From NCBI GenBank assembly GCA_041564355.1, contig JBFGQE010000003.1, positions 1 to 32,671 on the forward strand: a stretch of 32,671 nucleotides of DNA, in the 5' to 3' direction. Source of the DNA: Gammaproteobacteria bacterium. Lineage in GTDB: Bacteria > Pseudomonadota > Gammaproteobacteria > GCA-001735895. Below the pieces are notes generated by a model. That model did not search any database. It was given only the letters and a program-made list of their open reading frames with translations, and was not told the DNA's origin. The translations under genes were made by a program, and so were the position numbers. Positions 29,532 through 32,671 of this stretch are shown here, piece by piece. The first letter of the stretch is position 1. The number at the start of each line of letters is the position of its first letter.

Positions 29532-30371
29532 TCAGACCTCGTAGTAGGGTGCGGCGATGCGACGGGCCCGGTCGAGCTCGGCGAGTACCTGGTCGAGCTC
29601 CGGGATGTTGCCGTCGCGTTCGATCATCGTCGATACCGGGCCGAAACGCTTCGCCGTAGCCTCGTAGAGCTGCCAGACCGGGTCGATCACGTCCTGGTCG
29701 TGAGTGTCGATAATCAGGTTGCCTTCATTGGTGTGGCCGGCCAGGTGATGCTGCCAGACGCGCTCGATCGGCACGCCGTCGAGGTAATCCTGTGGATCGT
29801 AGTGATGGTTGTAACTGCTGACGTAGATATTGTTCACGTCGAGCAACAGGAAACAGTCGGCACGCTCGGCAATCGCGCTGAGGAATTCCCATTCCGGCAT
29901 CGCGTCGTCGCAGTAGGTAATGTAACTCGACAAGTTTTCGATCAGCATTTGCCGACCGAGATAATCCTGCACCCGACAAATACGCTCGGCGACGTGCTTG
30001 ATCGCTTCCTCGGTATAAGGCAGCGGCAACAGGTCGTGCATGTTCTTGTGATCGACCCCGGTCCAGCACAGGTGATCGGAAATCCAGCGCGGCTCGACGC
30101 GCTTCATCAGTTGCTTCAGTTGTCGAAGATAGTCGAAATCGAGATCGTCGGTGCTGCCCAGCGATAGCGAAACCCCGTGCATAACCATCGGATAGTCCCG
30201 TCGGATCGCGTCGAGAAAATAGAGCGGTTTACCGCCATCGATCATGTAATTTTCACTGAGGATTTCGAGCCAGTCGATATTTTTCGGCTTGCGCTCGAGA
30301 ATGTCCTGGTAATGTTAGGCGCGCAGCCCGAGGCCGAAGCCAAGAAAGGGTTTTGCGTCGGACTGGATCAT
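29532..30371 (-). pseudogene. bufB: DUF692 multinuclear non-heme iron oxidative enzyme (MNIO, BufB-like) with an in-frame TAA at codon 19 (true nonsense allele or sequencing error)
   Basis: From ATG 30371 it reads [46 protein letters not shown]..., with the stop at 30317-30315. The remainder is intact, with 'HGVSLSLG', 'SDHLCW', 'IENLSSY', 'LLDVNN', 'HLAGH', 'IDTH' and 'IERD'. Full length would be 279 aa. Confidence 0.88.
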
Positions 30372-30416
30372 GAATCGGTTATTGCGTTCGAAGAAATGCG
30401 ATTGTATCGACTGGGC

Positions 30417-30449
30417 AAAAAAAATGCACCGACGATGTCGGTGCATTTT
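30417..30449 (-). terminator. Rho-independent terminator/attenuator between precursor and MNIO gene
   Basis: Perfect 13-bp stem AAAATGCACCGAC (30421-30433), loop GAT, GTCGGTGCATTTT (30437-30449). The 8-A run at 30417-30424 gives a U tail on the minus strand. Confidence 0.85.
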
Positions 30450-30467
30450 ACTGCTGTTGATCCAGGC

Positions 30468-30719
30468 CTAGGCTTCGAATTTGCCACCGGCTTCTTCACA
30501 CTCAGACTTGGTCCGCTTGACCCAACCCTGACCGGCGCAGGAGTTTTGTCCGGCGCAGCTGGTGGTTGCGGTGGCGCAGGCGCTGGTGCCTTTGCAGGAA
30601 TTGATGTTGAAGCATTTACCGGCCTTTTCGGCTGCGGTGGCGCTCATCGGTGCTACCGCGAACATTGCAGCGGCGGCCGCGGCCAGCGCGACTCCTGTGG
30701 TTTTTTTTGCAGTAATCAT
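30468..30719 (-). CDS. bufA2: Secreted six-Cys RiPP precursor (bufferin group 2/BufA2-like metallophore)
   Basis: Ala-rich Sec signal peptide (~aa 1-29), Cys at 36, 42, 48, 55, 61 and 74, duplicated CxxxNSCxG motif, terminal 'C...GGK'. GAGG RBS; lies directly upstream of DUF692-DUF2063. Confidence 0.85.
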   Translation of the reverse strand: MITAKKTTGVALAAAAAAMFAVAPMSATAAEKAGKCFNINSCKGTSACATATTSCAGQNSCAGQGWVKRTKSECEEAGGKFEA

Positions 30720-30777
30720 TTAATTTTCCTCAAGTTTTTTGAACGTCAATGTACTGGTTTACCCCCATTACGCGCAT

Positions 30778-30805
30778 TTAGAGAAGCCGATTTTGCAGAA
30801 AGTTC
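30778..30805 (-). promoter_or_regulatory. Putative sigmaE/AlgU-type ECF promoter of the RiPP operon
   Basis: Minus strand reads GAACTT (30805-30800)-N17-TCTAA (30782-30778), 58 bp upstream of the precursor ATG, preceded by a T-rich tract. Confidence 0.6.
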
Positions 30806-30846
30806 ACCAAAATATTAAAAAAAAAGGATCGATGCGGTTCCCGGGA

Positions 30847-31359
30847 TCAACGATACAGGCGGATGATAAGCCGGTCACCGCGTTGTACCAGCTCGAAGTT
30901 TTGTAACACGTTCATGCCAAGCAGGACCTCATCGACGCCCATACCCGGAATAATGCTCGCCCTGACGTCATACAGCTCGATCTCGCCGAGCGCGAGTTGA
31001 TCGAGTCGCGTCAGGTAGGCTCGAGTCTGACCGTTTGCGGTCGAAACCGTCGTCGACGGCCCCGCCACCAGGCCCAGGTATTCCTGCAACTCCCCCGGAA
31101 TCGCGGTCATCGTCGCACCCGTATCGACGAGAAAACTGACGCGTCGTCGATTGACTTCACCGTCGAAAACATAATGTCCCTGGCGGTTCCGCTGCAGCAC
31201 GATTTCGCTATAGTCGCCGGTTTGCAATGTCGAAACAGACCGGTTTGGATTGGCCTGGCGGTCGAGAATCTTCGCGAACACAAGCACCAGCACAAAAAAC
31301 CCCGCAATCCACGCGAGCGTGGTGAACATCATGCCGAGTTTTTTAGTAGAATCAGCCAT
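30847..31359 (-). CDS. Retropepsin-like (clan AA, TIGR02281-type) membrane-anchored aspartic protease
   Basis: N-terminal TM helix, 'GHY...G..N', catalytic 'FLVDTGAT', 'TANG' and 'LLGMN'. Likely start is ATG 31359. Confidence 0.88.
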   Translation of the reverse strand: MADSTKKLGMMFTTLAWIAGFFVLVLVFAKILDRQANPNRSVSTLQTGDYSEIVLQRNRQGHYVFDGEVNRRRVSFLVDTGATMTAIPGELQEYLGLVAGPSTTVSTANGQTRAYLTRLDQLALGEIELYDVRASIIPGMGVDEVLLGMNVLQNFELVQRGDRLIIRLYR

Positions 31360-31411
31360 TACAGCGTAACTTAATGGCGAATCTCCAGAATGCAACGCAA
31401 GGGCAGGCTAG

Positions 31412-32518
31412 ATGTCGGGTAATAGTTTTGGCAAATCGTTCGTCGTCACGTCGTTTGGCGAGAGCCACGGCGGTGCGATCGGATGCGTCGTCGACGGTTG
31501 TCCGCCGGGCCTTGAGCTTTGCGAGGCGGATTTGCAGCACGACCTGGATCGGCGTAAACCGGGTAAATCGAGGCATACGACACAACGCCGCGAAGACGAC
31601 GCGGTGCAAATCCTGTCGGGCACTTTCGAGGGTAAGACCACCGGTACGCCGATCTGTCTGCTGGTACATAACCAGGACCAGCGATCAAAGGATTACAGCG
31701 AGATCAAGAATCTGTTTCGCCCCGGGCACGCCGATTACAGCTACACGCAGAAATACGGCTTTCGCAACTATCGAGGCGGCGGGCGTTCGTCCGCGCGGGA
31801 GACCGCGATGCGCGTCGCCGCCGGCGGTATCGCAAAAAAATACCTGTTCGAGCGATATGGCATCCGGGTGCGCGGTTATCTTGCGCAGCTCGGCCCGCTC
31901 AAGCCGAAAAATTTCGACTGGGATCAGGTCGATCGGAACGACTTTTTTTGTCCCGACGCCGGGCTGGTAGCAGAACTCGAAAGCTACATGGACGCGCTGC
32001 GCAAGGAAGGCGAGTCGATCGGTGCGCGCGTGTCGGTCGTCGCGAGCGGTGTGCCGCCGGGACTGGGTGAGCCGATTTTCGATCGTATCGACGCCGAGAT
32101 CGCGCACGCGATGATGAGTATCAACGCGGTCAAGGGGGTCGAGATTGGTGCCGGTTTCGCTAGCGTCGAGCTCAAGGGTACGCAGAATCGGGACGAAATC
32201 ACGCCGCAAGGCTTTCTCTCGAATCATGCCGGGGGCACGCTGGGCGGAATCACATCGGGACAGGACGTGCTGGTCAGCATCGCGCTCAAGCCGACCTCGA
32301 GTATTCATCTGCCGGGCAGGAGCGTCGATGTCGATGGAAAAGCGGTCGATATTCGCACCAAGGGCCGTCACGATCCCTGCGTGGGCATTCGCGCAACCCC
32401 GATCGCCGAGGCGATGCTGGCGCTCGTGCTGCTGGATCATTATCTGCGCCACCGGGCCCAGAATGGCGATGTGGTCAGTGCCACACCGACGATTCCGGCC
32501 GGTCAAGGCCCGTATTAA
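31412..32518 (+). CDS. aroC: Chorismate synthase
   Basis: 'FGESHG', 'RPGHAD', '[10 protein letters not shown]' and 'GRHDPCV'. Confidence 0.97.
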   Translation: MSGNSFGKSFVVTSFGESHGGAIGCVVDGCPPGLELCEADLQHDLDRRKPGKSRHTTQRREDDAVQILSGTFEGKTTGTPICLLVHNQDQRSKDYSEIKNLFRPGHADYSYTQKYGFRNYRGGGRSSARETAMRVAAGGIAKKYLFERYGIRVRGYLAQLGPLKPKNFDWDQVDRNDFFCPDAGLVAELESYMDALRKEGESIGARVSVVASGVPPGLGEPIFDRIDAEIAHAMMSINAVKGVEIGAGFASVELKGTQNRDEITPQGFLSNHAGGTLGGITSGQDVLVSIALKPTSSIHLPGRSVDVDGKAVDIRTKGRHDPCVGIRATPIAEAMLALVLLDHYLRHRAQNGDVVSATPTIPAGQGPY

Positions 32519-32559
32519 GTTCAATTTTGTGACGAAGGTGGCAGTCTGAGGGCCTTGCG

Positions 32560-32671
32560 ATGAAAGAAAATGTCAGCGTTGCAGTAGTGGGCGCGACGGG
32601 CGCCGTGGGCGAGTGCATGCTCGAGATCCTCGCCCAGCGGCAATTCCCGGCCGCGCGCATCGCGGCGCTGG
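32560..32671 (+). CDS. asd: Aspartate-semialdehyde dehydrogenase (3'-truncated by window edge)
   Basis: Not in the ORF track. Translated by hand: [37 protein letters not shown], with the Asd Rossmann motif VGATGAVG. Confidence 0.88.
   Translation, partial: MKENVSVAVVGATGAVGECMLEILAQRQFPAARIAAL

Noticed and set aside
30315-30317. Stop-codon recoding (Sec/Pyl or alternative genetic code) in the MNIO gene
   Set aside because: The codon is TAA, which terminates other genes in this window (e.g. 2046, 17623, 32518), and the position is not a catalytic residue.

Overview
A GC-rich gammaproteobacterial chromosomal segment (taxon inferred from gene content), mostly housekeeping. In order: partial lptG, an RDD protein, a histone H1-like basic repeat protein, xerD, cnoX/ybbN, parE-parC, htpX, a FimX-like degenerate REC-PAS-GGDEF-EAL protein, efp-epmA (no epmB), psd, PCuAC and SCO copper chaperones, and prmB. 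A ~14.6 kb block then sits between the usually adjacent prmB and aroC: a SAM methyltransferase, djlA, small uncharacterised proteins, a PLP decarboxylase, a CbiX-like chelatase, a class III aminotransferase, HIT, mscS, sdaA, gcvP, an MNIO (DUF692) RiPP cluster and an aspartic protease. The window ends with aroC and partial asd. The most notable locus is the bufferin-like RiPP cluster at 28734-30805: a six-Cys secreted precursor, an internal terminator, a DUF692 enzyme and a DUF2063 partner, behind a sigmaE/AlgU-type promoter motif. The DUF692 gene has one in-frame TAA at codon 19, which the ORF track hides. No tRNA, rRNA, CRISPR array or IS element was recognised. All family assignments come from motif recognition by eye; no database searches were run.
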